Shown: positions 14,101 through 29,100 of the stretch, one piece after another
Numbering within the stretch: the first letter of the stretch is position 1
Layout: every line of letters begins with the position of its first letter
From: Ascidiella aspersa
Lineage: Eukaryota
DNA: 64,000 nucleotides
Assembly (NCBI GenBank): GCA_963924565.1
Contig: OZ004609.1
Coordinates: forward strand, 7,998,001 to 8,062,000
Reading direction: 5' to 3'
Notes under the pieces: model-generated
The model's database searches: none
What the model was told of the DNA's origin: nothing
Seen by the model: the letters and a program-made list of their open reading frames with translations, nothing else
Position numbers and translations under genes: made by a program

Positions 14101-17100
14101 CGAAATGGCTAATGGCAGCCATTTTGCCATTTTCGAAGGGTTGGTCATGCGATTTTGTAACGGGGGGGGGGGGTCATTTGTGGTGCCAGTAAACTACTAG
14201 CGCTGCTTTCTAAAAATTTGGTTGTGAATTCAAATATATATAAAAATATATATCTAACATTGTAAACTTTTTCGGTTCCGTGTCAGTCATTTGTTTTAAT
14301 TATTTATTGTTATTATGCTCTTTTTATATTTGACTTAATCATTTTATGCTATTTTTTAGATTTTATTATTATATGCTTTTTATTGGATTTCGTTATTATA
14401 TATTATTTTTATTTTGAATTTTATCTTTAATTGCTATTTTGTGTTTTACCATTATATGTTATATTAAATACGACTAAACCTGAGTCGTAAAATGGGAGCT
14501 AAAGTAGATATTAAAATACAAACCGACTATAGCATCGGTTTTTGCACGTGGAGAGGTTTTGACGACAACGAAAACTTTTTTGTCGTTTTCATTCACAAAA
14601 TAACACGACCGGGTGTTTCCCTCTAGGTTGCCATTAGCGTAAACAAAGCTGGAGGCGTGAAAACCTCTTTGAACTCACACATTTAACCATATACGGCATT
14701 ATCTTTCAGATAACGGTTTCCTAAACTTTTTTAAATCGCTTTTTTAAAAACTCCGGAAAAAAGGAAAAAAAAACGTTTTGGATATCAAGAACCTTTTTCA
14801 CGAAACTTCTTTTTTGAAATTAAAAAACTTAAAACCTGATTTTAGTTATTAGATAAACACAATTTGCAATTTTCATGAACACCATTGGCGTTCTCAATAA
14901 ACACGGGTCTTGTACAGTGTACATCACAGCAAAATAGCATTACACAAGAAAGAAAAGACGGCACATTGCCACCAATATAACATATGACAACGTTTGTTTC
15001 GCAAACTACCCAAATATATTCTTCAACCAACGATCTCTAATCCGCAGGCGCAATACGTTATTGTCTTTAGAGCATATTGGTTGGATGTTGTAGTTAGACG
15101 TAATAAGAATTTCGAAGCTCATACAGAAGTAGCTATTATTTTAACCGTTTCAAATAAGTTTTCATTCATTATTAACATTGAAAATGAAGATGTTGAAAAT
15201 GAATAACGAGTTTTTCGAAACGTTTAAAATGTTACCTACTTCTGTATGATTGATATTGGTATTTTCTTTATTTTGTGAAACATCTCGCTTGCTTTGCAGA
15301 GAAGAACGGTGGCTACTACATCTACATCGAGACGTCTCACCCGCGAAAAAGAGGCGATAAGGCGAGAATAATGAGCCCTGCCATCACTCGGCCCGGAAAT
15401 TACTGCCTCAGGTATCTTTAAGTGGATTGCGTCATCGGTAAAACCGGACCTGAAATTGTTGATCAGTTCCACGTTGATTATATATGCAAAACACCGAAGA
15501 GTTCATTAATGTATTTTTAGATATTTCCCAAAGGAGACGATCGCCCATAATTTTGTTGTTATTTTTTTGTTCAAAAATAGCATTTTTTAGGATTCCTTAA
15601 GGTTCTGACGTTGCTGCGGAAAGTTCTCATTAATCAATTATTTTGTAGCAACATCTGAATTGTTTAGTTGGCAAAAATTATACACAAATTCAGATTTCGA
15701 AAGCAAACGCACCTTTGTCATCGCCTATATTCATGCTTTTCTAATGGCCCGTTATAGTTCTATGTATGTATATCTGAATTGTGAACACAAACATATCTTA
15801 CCTTGTAGCAAACCATCGCGAATTCACCACTCTAGTCAGACACACAATAGCCCGACTTCATAGGCCTAATGCTGTATTTGAAGTTATGCTTACAAAAATA
15901 TGCAAAGTAAATTGTATTTTAAACATGTAAATAAAATGTGATTGATAGTAGTTAGGGCTTTCAGTTTGAGAATCTAGCACTTCAAGTCAAATAGGCAATT
16001 TTAGACCAAGGAGTCAAAAGGCAATTTTAAACATTTCTCGCAACTTGATTTTGATGTACAGAGACTTGAGCTCACTTCAGCGACAAACTACTGAACTCTT
16101 TGCAAACTGGAGTTTGTTATATAGTTATCCACAAACTAATTTTTTTTGGTGATGCCACCGAGTACCGCGTTACATTGCAAAAAAAACCTTTCGCAATTTC
16201 AAACCGGCAGCTATGTTATAAACATTTTTCTTTTATATATTAGCTTTTGGCATCACATGCACGGATCCGACATCCGGGACCTCAACGTGTACACGCGCGA
16301 AATGACGTCACGGCTTCAAGACATGATCGTCCATTTGTCCGGTCCCTGGTCAGTGGAAACGGCCAATCAGAAGCTGATATTCGGACAAGACGGCGACTGG
16401 TGGAATCGGCAACAAACTCAATTCGCAGTCGTCAAACCAACGCGGGTAAGAAGAATAGGTTATTCGGACCCGATATAGCACATTACAAAATCGATAGTAT
16501 TCGCAGCATAATTCCTACAAAAACACTTTTTTTTACAATCGCCTTGTTGCAATAGACAAGGCAATATATAAACTGTTGCTACCAGGCATAGTAATATAAA
16601 TCGAAAAGCTTCTCCTCTGGTATTTGTAATTGCAATTCCAGACAAGCCAATAGAAAATGTCCAAATGTTAACTTTTTTTTCCTGGTATCATTTGCATTTC
16701 ATTTATATTTTCGCAGTATTCAGGGTTGCGATACAAAACGGTTAACTTCCAAAATAACAAAAAGTCACAACGCCTGAGAACTCTTCGAGACAATCTTTTA
16801 AGAAACACGGATTTAAATTTAAAAAATAAAAAAACAAACCATTATGTTACAGGGACCATAATCTCTTGGTTAAGCAGATTACTTTTCACGGCGCAAAACA
16901 TTTATGACATATTTCCTTTAAGGGACACGAATAACATTCCAAGAAATCAAAAAAGTACAATTTTCAAGGAATGCATTGTTTCGGGGCACGACTTAAAATA
17001 ACAAGCAAAAGTTACATTTCAAGAGCGCAAAACATTCAAGGCTACAAACTTTAAGGTATAAATCAAATTTAAACATGAAACAATCACAGGCGCAATAATT

Positions 17101-20100
17101 ACATACAGAGGTGCATTGGCCTACTACATTTATGAGACAAATACACTCGGAAGCGCAACTTTAACGTTTTAGGGGAACAAAAAACATGTAAGGTAAAAAA
17201 GCAACCTGCGTTTTTTTCTTGAAACAAAGTAGGAAAAAGTTTAATTTAACAAACGAAGAGACTTTTAAAGCAGTCTACTTGGTTTTTCGTTGCAAATTCA
17301 CCTTAATAACTTGAAATCACCCGAACTTGCTTGGGAAGTGTCCTATGTTGACAAGTGGGTACCGGTATTAAAAAAAAAAAAACTAAATGATTGTCACTGA
17401 ACCCGTTTTGTGAGATTTGGTATTGAGAAAATAAAACGTGAACAGGGCGAAAATCTATTAAGTGTTTCGCGCGATGAACAGCATGCGTGAAAAGGAAGTT
17501 ACCTCATCGACCACACATTTGCGGGTTATTCTAAACCGGCGCCTTTCGCTGCTTCGGATTCTGCGGCTCGGCTAATTACAAAGCACCCAGTGATAATTCT
17601 GCTAAACCCTAAGGCTACCTGTACACTGTACAGACCTTGATTACTTGCAGATAACGCTTAATGGGCCGTGTTCAGGCCCAAATGTGCTAATTTTCCGCTA
17701 GTTTTTGATTCAACTTGCCAAGGTCATGGAAATGCCTATAGGTTATTTTTCTGCTTTCGAATATATTACGACATGGTTCGTCGTACGAAAACGGCACATT
17801 TGAAGGCATTATGTCATCATATTAGGAGTAGAAGACGACGTACCGTATACCAAAGTACGAAGCATATGCTGGAATAGTGACGTTTTCATTCATTTGAAAA
17901 GTGACGCTTTCATTCAATTGAATATAGGATACACAGATAAGTTAATAGTTTGAGAGAAAATTGTTAAGGCAAACATGTTTGAGTCATTGCATAAAACCTG
18001 CGTTTTATTTTCGAAAAAGCGGATGGTCGCGACCAAATTGAATGCTGTCGTTAAGTGTGTTTTAATAGGTAAATTTGTTTTTGTGAGTAAGGAATGCACT
18101 TTGAAACAATTTTTTCCGCCCTTGGAATAAAAATGTATGTTGGCGGCACGTAGCGAAGACAGCATTACGCTTACCACCGATTCAATTATTCCAATTGAAA
18201 CCTAATTTGAAATTTTGGAATTTTTTAATTTGAGTTGATTTTGGCAAACGATTTTAAGGTGTTATTCTAATTAATTAGTGTGTCAATGCATTTGGTTGAA
18301 GACAAGCGAGTTTAAAGGGCGACGTCATTCTAAAATGAATCCACTAAAGGTTAAAATATGTAAATCTTACTATAAACTGACTTTCTAATGTGGTTAGTAT
18401 TCTGTACAACAGCATTTTAGCCTAAAAACGACGATTTAGCTGTAACTTTTGTTGCTTTCTATTTCACTGAACATTTTTTTTAAATATTTGTCGATTTATT
18501 TTTTGAAACTCGAAGGTTTGCATTCTAAGTTGCGCAAAACGTCACTTTGCGGTTTCCGGGCGTGTCCGTGACTTTGCTGTTGCAACAAACGCAGAGTGCT
18601 GCCGGCAAAAACAAGCTTGACACACATATCAGCCTCCTGGCGTATAAACTTATACCGCTATAAATATGCTGTTGCTACCAGGCATAGTATATTTAAAACA
18701 GGTTCCTCTGGCAATATATATTATTATATTGCCAGAGGAACCTGTTTTAATTATACCGCTAGAATGTGAGCATTGCTACCGTTTTGTGGACTATATCGCT
18801 TGAAATGTGGCATTCTCTTTACGAATGATCTCTCGAAAGACCATTTCCTATGCAACATTTTCCTATGCACCTTCAGTGCAAACTTTAACATATTATAAAT
18901 CAACGCTACAACACTAAACGATTGATTACAACTTGGCGCGTTCGAACCCACTTTTAGGCTGCTGCGTTGGCATTTTTTCCTTAAGACTTATACTTTTATT
19001 CGGACAATCAAACATATATTTATGGCGTGCAATACTCATTTGAAGTGTGGGATATAGATCACTGCTTTATCCACTTATACCAGATGTATTACCATGTTCC
19101 TTCCCACGATTGTTTTAATATCTCTCGTTAGACACATGAAGATATAGATGCAATGTTATACCTACCTTATTTAAACAAAATGGCCGAAAAAATCATCCGT
19201 ACTCCCTTAAGCAGGAGAGAAACCAGTTTTTGTCATGTGGAATCACGCATCGCAATATTTATAAAGATCTTGTTACTATTTTGTACATTACAGAAAGGTT
19301 TGTCTAAGGTTTTATTTTAAAACGTTATCATATGCGGTATGTAAGGTTCTTCTATAAACCTAATGATTTCTTTTTTGCAAACACTGATAATGTTAAAACA
19401 ACAGTAATTGATTGCTCGATTTTCAGATTATTTTCGAGGCGATTTACGGAGAAAATTACCGCGGAGACATCGCTGTCGACGACATCGCGATATCGGCAGC
19501 TCCTTGCGTCAGAGGTCAGTAGAAAATAAAAGGTCTTTGGAAAGAAAAGCCAAAAATAGTCTTTTTCACTTTTGCGAAGAATTTGTTTTAGGGCCCAGGT
19601 TAAATTGCATAGACGAAACAAAAATCACAAATAACAAGCGCAATTCAATCGTGCATTATCTTTTACATAGTGTTTATATAACTGTGATCCCGGTGGATGA
19701 TGTATGATTCATAATAAACTTGAGGAAATCATTTAAAGTGTTTGCCCAGATTGTAGATTTTTCCCGCCCAAAAAATTGACAATAAATCCAGAAACCTGTA
19801 AAAGTTTTGCAAGCCATCGATCGAGAAGCGCTGTGTAATGTTTTCATTCCTCTTCACACTGGTCTTGGTACTTCTTCAATTTATACCACAACCTAAACGC
19901 CGTTCAAGTGCAAAAAGTCGAAACGTTTTTAGGACGAAAATCGTGTACAGACAGTTTCTAGCATTTTTGGTCAAGCAAGGCCCTAATATTGGCTTTGAGA
20001 TTGCCTTTTTTGTGGTCTTAATAACCGACAAGATCCGAAGTATAACAGAACTTGGCCACTAAATTTATTGAATAATAAAATTAAAAAAAAAATAGAACTG

Positions 20101-23100
20101 AATTTAGAAGTTTTCCGTTTGCCCAAATTTTAGATTAGGATTTAAACTTTTAGATTCGCAAAATCTAGAAATAAACTAAATTTTAAACTAAAAGTATAGT
20201 TTAATTCCGTTCGAGGTCAATTTAAATTAATTATTTTTCTTATCGAAATTCGAATGGCAATGATTCGTTTAACTCTTTAACTGAAAACTTGTTGCGACTG
20301 AGAAACTGAAAAACATCGTTGGACAAATTACAATTTTCCGTAATATGAAACTCTTAGGCAAATATCTACAATTGTTTAATTACCCAAGTATGTTTGTCAG
20401 TCAGCATTTTGATACTCTTACTTTTGCAGCTTCGATCGATTGCAACTTCGAAAACAACACCTGTGGTTGGATGCAGATGTCCGACGATGATTTCAACTGG
20501 ATGCCGAACCAAGGACAAACCGGTACCGTCTCCACTGGTCCTGATCGTGACCATACGATAGGCAATAAAGGTTGGTTTGTTCGTTTTATAGTAACAGAAT
20601 AAAGTTGTGCAAAAACGAAACGGAAGACAACGTCTACTCAACTTTAATTATTAGGATTTTTACTGCATGTAGCCATTAGGAAATTTTAGTTAAAACCTTA
20701 ATTGGATTTGAGCACGGATTTCTCTATTGTTTCAATGATGTTCAAATGTCTTTAAACGATTACCTCGAACGCTGGTTCTAAGAGTTTTAGCAACAAAATG
20801 TCCTCGTTTACTTATAGTTGAATAGCTTAAAAGATATTTCGTTTCTTACGTAATTGGTTTATTGTTTAGAATTTGGATTCTTAATCGGTAAATAAACAAA
20901 TTAAGTCAGCCCTAGTAACTCATGACCACACAATTAAAATAGAGTGATTTAGAGGAAGCCGTGAGAACCTTAACTATATACAAAAAACGACAATGACACC
21001 ATGTGTTATATTGTTTAACACTGGTTTTGCTTACGATCTACAGATCAGATAGAAACTAGAGATAACAAACCATAAAAACAAAATGAAATGAACAAGTGAT
21101 TAATAGGAAAACGGTGTAAGCAAAAGCAAAGTGTTAAATTTGTAAAACTAATTCTGCTGGACAATAGAATTTTTTGTAATGGTCTGTCTTATTTATTTTG
21201 CTGGTGGCATGTCAGAGACGGACTGATGTACCAAAATGGCAAATGTTTCCAACTAAACGCACTTACACTGCACTTCGCCAACTCTTACCTATCTGAACAA
21301 AGGAATTCATTTAGACGGAATGTCAAGTTGAAAACTCAAGTATTTTCAAACCTGCTCAGCAATTGCTGCTGCAGTTTCGCGGAAATTGGAATTTGCGGCC
21401 TGCGATAGATTTCAATCCGAAGTGGTTCGAATAAATATTTATACTCCTGTGCAGATTAAAACTTCGCCGTCGATTCGACAGTCGAGCGCGCCATGCCGAT
21501 TTAATGCGTTAATTGCATGTAGTTGCCGTGGTATTACGAGATAATTTCGCACAACTGTGGTGAACGAACGCGCTGCGGTCGGAAACGGTCTAAAGAGAAG
21601 CGGCCTGATTCGAATATTTCCTTCCGCACAACCTGGCTACGAGTTTGGTCGGAATTTCGCGAAAACTACAATTATTCCGTACCTTAAAAATGGTAAAGAT
21701 TTCTGTAACATATACTTGGCACTTAGCTTGCATCCATCCGGCCTTAACCGACTAAAACGCTGACCGAAACGCAAAGATGCATATTATAGTAGGTATACCA
21801 TTTGACTTCTTGCATATTTGCAAAGAAACGCAACATTGCCTTCGTCATTGCTGGGTGATTACCATTTTTTATAGCGTATGAGGTTAAAAATCTCAGTCAG
21901 TTAACTCTATTCCACCAGCCTTTCTTTTTATGACAAACTACTGACAAGTGTATATAAAATAATTTTGCAGGCGGCACATATTCATACAAGATTTTCGACC
22001 AAAAAAAGAATTCCTAAGACGATGTTGTTCAGCTGTACGTCGAAATAAGTTAGGATATTTTGCCAAAACATTGTTTTGTAGAAATTAAAATCATGAAACA
22101 TCAAACCTCGCCGACATTTCCTAATGGACAACAATAGACAAAATGTTGTGCAACCTATAAAATCACTAAGATTAAGGCATGCTAAGCAGTTAACGCAAAT
22201 GCCACGTTTTCCGAGGGTTGTGAGTTCGAGTCCTACGGCAGGTAGTTTGTTGCTGACCTCGTTTTGCTTGCGCATGAGAGCTTAGAAAAGAATCTGAGCC
22301 AACCAAAAAGACCAGGCTACAAAAAAGTATTTCAGGGTTTGATTTAAACGGTGGTAGTTTCTCTGAGGGGTAGATTATATATCAAAACGTAGAGTTAACT
22401 GGACGATTTGTTAACAGAATAATTTTTATTTAAAAAAACAACAACTGGTAAATGTAAAATTTTTGATGAGATAAGTTTGGTAAGAGAATAGTGATTTCTT
22501 AAGGACGAATATATTATGGTATATCATATAGTTCTTTTATCTTAGTTTTACTCTACGTTAAAAATCGTAAAGTATACGTGTCTGTGTGGCAAGGGCGGTT
22601 GCTTAGCGTCATGCAGGGTGACGATTCTTAACAAAATTAAACCTCACGCGATAATATGACAAGAATCTTTTGTGCACAGACGGGCGGTACATGTACGCGG
22701 AAGCATCCTGGCCAAGAGAAGAAGGCCACAAAGCAAGGTTCCTCTCACCGCCGGTCACTTGTGTGGAAAACGCGAGGCCAACCTTTCAATTTTGGTTAGT
22801 AACAAGCTCTGTTAGTATGCTTTTTTATGTTCAATACCACGTTGTATCCCGATTATTATAGTTTTCGGGTAAAATACCACCAATGATGTCGTTATTGGTT
22901 TACGAGGCGATTAAGATTGATCTCCAAATGACGTCGTTCGTATAGCCAAATAAAAAAAGTTGATATAGTTGAACAAAATTATTTCCAGGTTATTAGGGAA
23001 CGAAGCGTCAAAATGGTGACTTACCATAAAATGCTGGGCGAGAAGTAAAGTCAATTAAGTAGTAAATGGTCAGTCGTCAAACCAATCAGGATTATTACAA

Positions 23101-26100
23101 TGATTTAATAATAATATTATTTTCATTGCTTTTTTGGTTTCACAAATTATGGCGATGTCTTAGCACATATGGCAATATTTTTCAGTGTCTATATAGCCGC
23201 TTAAAAGTAGAGATTGGAGCAACAGATATTAGTTAGGTTTAGGTTTTTTGAGGTGCACGTTTTTGGAGGTACACGTATTGATGCTTAGTAAAATAGTTTC
23301 ACTTCTTTAAGAGTTAGTAAGGGTACTTCCCAACATGCGCTCGTCGAAAAATATGTCGTTTAAGACACATGGTGACTACCCCACTAGTATCATGCGTTTT
23401 ACAATCTTTCAAAATTGATTGGCGTCGGTATAAATATATCTGTAAGTTGTAACTGACTGAAAATATGCGTCTCAAACTAGCTTAACTCTGAAAGAGGATC
23501 TACATTTCTTCGATTGTTTCGAATAAGAAATTGTTTAATTTTTATTTGTAGAGGCTAAACGACGGCGCCACAGTCAATATTTATCACTTATTTTAGCAAA
23601 TATCACAAGATCGTGACCTTTGTCTTGCGTACAGGTACCACATGCACGGGGTTAGCGTTGGGCCACTCCGCGTATTCATCGTGGAACAGGGAAACGTCCA
23701 CAATCTCGTCGATCCAGCTTGGATGCTTAGAGGGGAGCAGGGCGGCAGATGGAAAGAGGCCGACGTCCAGATTCCCACCGAAGTGCTCGACAGGCCATTT
23801 CAGGTAAACACCACACAATTCGTGTTGGATATGGTGAAAATGAATAAACCTATATGCGAAAAGTTCAAAATGCTACCTATACTTCTGTGTATGAGACCGT
23901 TATGCTTCACAATGGTGTCGAAATACTGCATTTTTAAGACGGTAAGTCGTATAGTTAAAATGTACCTAACTGTTCAACGAAATGGTAAATCCTTCGTCTT
24001 TTTTGCTACAATATTTATTGACGTTTTGTTTAATTTTAAGGCAGTATTGTAATATTTATAATAAACATCCACACGTTGATCTTAAGCTCAACTATATAGA
24101 TAGTAAGTATTATATTGGATCAACTGAATCTGTCACATGGAATGAAAAAACATATATTATATATATACTGTATTGCTTCTTTATCTAACTGACTTTGTTC
24201 ATTCTCTTCCATTGGGTTCAGATTTGTCTTTGTTTTGTCTTAGTATAAGTGTGTGCGCACTTGCTTGCTAACCACCTAACATGATCTATTTTTCACAGAT
24301 AACACTATATACGTCAATATCGTAAAATTAAATCAAAACGATTAAAAACTAAACCTATATGCTCCGCCTATAGATTATAATCGAATCCGAGAGGAAAGAA
24401 TACCGCGGTGACGTGGCAATCGATGACGTCAGGCTTCTAGGCTGCTACGCAATCGGGTCGGGTGACCAGGATCCCCTAGTCGAGACCCGGGTCACCCCCG
24501 AGGAGGCGACGGTACATTCGGGCCCCGAGGTGATCTCCAAAGTCACCCCCAATATCGAACTGAGCGAAAAGGGAGCAAAGCTGCCAGGTCAGTTGTGTTA
24601 GATTGTTGTTAGAGGTTACCTTAACCACCTTGATGAGGGTTTAAATGTTGCAGTGCTTGAAGTAAGCCAAAAACTTCCTAGAAGAATCTTTGTATATTGC
24701 CGTATTTGTCTAATTCTAAATAGAGAAATCAGGTGGCACTGTATAAAGACAAATTGTATTTGATTCTCTATATTATACTTTTTGAAGTATATTATACTTT
24801 GACCTGATGAAGCACGGTTGTGCGAAAGCTTGTCGGGAATCAAATACAATTTGTCTTTTTACAGTGCCACCTGATTTCTCTCTTCCTAGAAGAAAATATC
24901 GATTTTTTTAAATCCTATAAAAATGTGGAAAAATTTACAGAATTACTCTCCGTTGAATTCGGATGATAAACAGTGACAGAATTTATTTGGATGAGCTAAA
25001 AAATGAAAGCGAAAATTTTAGTTTGACAATCGCAATATACACATTGTGTCAAAGCACAATTCAACTTAGGCTTTTATACTACAGGAAATTTCTATTTGGA
25101 TTATTTTTATAAAACAAACCAGGTGTACACGTGGTCATACGTTTGTAATCGCATTAGTAAATCATAAACTTGTATGTGATGTTCTAGCAATGGAAATTCC
25201 CAAATCATATCAATTGTTTATTTCTTGTTCCAAATTTAAGTAAATTGACATTAAACGATCTAAATCGTTCACGAAACCTTCCAGTTAGTGTTATTTAATG
25301 GAAATGTACTGACGAACTTAAGTGTCGATCATGACTACCTTTGTTGAACGTGGTCGTTGTCGGACGCCAAATATAGTCCTAAGACCGATTAGAGGCTTTG
25401 GAAACATTCACAAGACAAAGGCTAGTGTTGACTTCGCAAACATGTTCCTCTAGATTCGAGTAAATATAAAAACACTCCGGTTAGGCGAAAAGGCATTAAT
25501 ACGTGCGGAAAGTTTTATGCTGATTACAGATTATCTTGTTTGAGGTCCGCTTTGTCATCACACTTCCATTGTTGTTTTGCGCGATTTATGCTTCTTGGCA
25601 AACACAGGGATATTCCGATTCTTATCTGTATGTCTTGAATAGGTTTCTATGTTTATAATCGGATTAAACTGGAAAATTCAATGTGGCAAATAAAACATCA
25701 CGATTTCTTGCGTTGCTGATCGAATCAGCTCGTTTAGCTTTTGGGAATGATTGTGTATTTGTCGGGTTAATTTTATCGCTTGCATAATCCTTGAAACAAC
25801 AGTTGTTTCGTAACGCGACATGTTACAACGACTACTCGAATAAAAAATAAATGTGAATGACCTTTTTCGATAAACAACTGAAAATATATTTTTCCGAAAA
25901 CATCTCTGCAAAAAACTCTAAAAACAGTTATATATATACGCATTGAATCTTTCCCACGCGGATTTACAATTCGTCCAACTTAACTTCAAAGCTCTTTTAC
26001 CTGGTGTTTAAGTCCACTTACAAAGTTGCGGTTTGTGTTAAGAGCTTCGAGGTGTGCTACCGGTTTAGATTGGTGTTTTAACAATGCCACTCTCGGGCTT

Positions 26101-29100
26101 GTAATTTGTTGCAAATCACCCTATTTAACGCGGAATGCGCCTTGCGAAATAAACTATTGTTATTTTTTACTCGCGCGAATCAGACCTGGAGAAACAACCA
26201 AAATGAAGATCACACCGCTTGCCTAAAAAAAAGCGCTCTAATCGAAAAATTAACATAATGTTTCGATAAATGAACAAAAAACTCTTGGGTGTTTATTTGC
26301 CTAGTCGGTATCGCACCATGTTGGAAAAACGTAGATTATTTTTTGAAAGATAATAATACGGCAATTTTTCAATTGCAAATATATATTTGCACAAAACTTA
26401 TGACGCTGAAATGTCACCACAATTTTAAATGAAAGTAAATGAATACTTCCTAATACAGTTTAATTCATTTTATGAATGCCTTCTTAAAACAAACTTGTTA
26501 ATTCTCGCTGTCTTGAATCAATTCTCGTTTGCACTAGATTTGTTAACATCGGATTCAACAGCAAACGTAATCTGCTTTGCTCTCTTAACATGGATCGCTA
26601 ACATGTACTTGTCATCCGGTTTCCAAGAAGACATGACCTGACCTGAATTTACGTGTTAGATTCGTGCCAGACGGGTATCGGTCCTATACAATGTGTTTTT
26701 TTCGCGGTCGCACCGTAGTCCTCAACGCTATTTTGCATGTCATCAAGCCTAACGACGACGGAAGTATAGGCGCACGGTGGCACCGGACTGGAAGCTGCGA
26801 GCTAAACGACGTCCGTGCGAGGCACAACAGAGTTTTCCGGGCCCAAAACATTGTTCCCGCAGCGTGATTGACAGAGGCAATCCTTGCGAAGATTTCCTAG
26901 CGTTTTGCCAAGTCTCTTGACCATATATGAAGGACAGAAATAACGTTGTAGCCCCTAGGTCCTAAAACGGAGCCTAGCACATCAATACACGAACTCTATA
27001 AGGACGTGAATTGAGGTGATATCGCTTTTGGCGACGGCTTATTCTGGCACAAACAAGTGATTTTTGAAAAATACCTTTGTATCGGAAACCAAATTTTAAA
27101 CAGGTTTTATGGAGAAGGGACCCGTTGACGCTTTTCTATTTTCGATGCCAGGTTGTACTTGCCCGGATAACGCTCAAAGCAAAGGTTTTTCGACGCATCA
27201 CGCCAGGTTTCAAGCATAAACAACATCCTTTTGTTTCTTTATTCATCAATCTGCTTTTGAGTAACACGAAGTATTACCTTGTTCGCAATTTCAATGATTC
27301 AAAACACCGACCCTGTAGACATCAGTCAACATAAAAGAGCGTTTCAATATCTTTTGGGATATTGAGTGTTAATCTTTTTAAGGACATAGACTGTGAAGTG
27401 TTTTTACTTTGATTGAATACTATTTGCTTTTTTAACTGTGTTTTCTTTTAAAAATAGGTTTAACTCACAACTCACAATATACTGACGCCATCCACACAGA
27501 ATGTACCAGATACAGCTATCCACAAACTGTAGAACAAGGGCAAGTTTAAAAAATAGTTTATATGTATCTACGAAGCCCTTAGTAGACTGTTGCATCTCTA
27601 ATGTTACCTTTTTTCTTTATTCGAATGAAACTGTTTAATTGGAAAAACTTTTTGAGGCAATGCTTGTTTTGAAAAGTCAAAACGTTTGATCCAAGTTCTT
27701 AAACACATATTTTTCTGATGGACAAATGAAAACATGTAAATTGATCTGAGGACAGCATTGCATGAGAAGGTAAAAAGCCAATTATCGAAGACAAAAATGT
27801 AGGAATACTCCGATTTATCATGCATCTCTTTATGACATTACCATCAATAGTTGCGCCTATTTTTACGCCTGATTTGATTGTTTATCATTTAGCTTGTCCT
27901 TGTTCTGCTGCCACACAGCAACTTTGAAAAGTATAAAAGAGCCATTTGTTCTATTTTCCTTAAGAATTAAAAACTTCTTGGAGACAACTCATAATTATCT
28001 ACTGTATATAGGTAAAACAGAAACCGAACGCTAATTTAACGAATGCTTAGGTCTAACACACAAAGACACAACCATGATACAATTATTATTAAGCGCTAAT
28101 AATACGCTTTTATATAGTCCCCGCAAAAATCAATATACTATCCTAAACAGGAAATCGTCAACATATGTGATAAGTATGAAGTTTGGGGCAATACACTGGG
28201 TATAGTAGCTATAACATTTGTAGAAATAAACATTTCTTACAAAAAACTCAGTTGTAAGCACACATATATGTGTGTACATATGTTTCATTCTTACAAAAAA
28301 GTAACAAAACCAAAAATGTATTCACGTTTTCTTCTCAATGAGCTTAATGTATCTGAGTGGCGGGAGCGAGCGCACGGAGATGAAAAAGCCGCCGATTGCC
28401 GACCGTTGTGTAATATTAGGCCTACACGACCATCTGAATGCGCAACTTACTGCTTTGAAAAAAATACATTTACGCAGGGTATATTCTTCTGCCTGAGAGA
28501 CACTAAAACAAATTAGGAACTAAAGGAATTGAAAACGGTCAACAGCACATTGCGCGCAGAGCAAAGTGCCCCCACTGGCCAAACTTGTGAAGCGACCTTT
28601 ATTTCTTTGCACCAAACAACGAAAAAAAAACTTTGTAGAAATTGAGTATAGTCAAAGTTGAACTTACACAATCGTTAAAAATACAGTTATTTGTTTTCGA
28701 AATATTATATGCGTTCCAGTATAACAAATTACGACATATATTTACTTATATAAAGCCCTGGTTAAAATTAGTTTATCGAAGGTATATGGAATCTTATTGT
28801 GCAGAGAGGTACTCGTTTAAAAGAAAAGTTTTTTGTAGCATGAGGGCTTATTGAGTACTGAGATCTTGCTGTGTGGCAACGAAAACGTTGCCTACGCAAA
28901 AATGTACACCCACCTCAGACTCGAAATGACGCTTGTCTGCAGACGAATATTTCAACGACGATTAAAAGCAATTGGATTTCTATTTTAAACGTGCTCCTAT
29001 AGCGCGAGCGTTGATTGGATGGATACTACAGTTTTAGATTTCTATAGTTTAGGTTTGCGATTGGTCTTTTTCTGACGCCTACGTGACCTTTTACGTCGAC

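Larger units (their letters stand above)
12421..19514 (+). other. MAM domain 1 (coding exons 2-5 of the protease gene)
   Basis: [11 protein letters not shown]...TGPPWDHT / YYIYIETS / FWHHMHG / [21 protein letters not shown]. Confidence 0.85.

Noticed and set aside
26640-27920. GC-richer or coding-looking stretch in the 7-kb intron 9 (possible extra exon or transposase remnant)
   Set aside because: The phase-1 reading from the nearest acceptor hits a stop, and no recognisable domain motif was found in the frames examined; a translated search would be needed.
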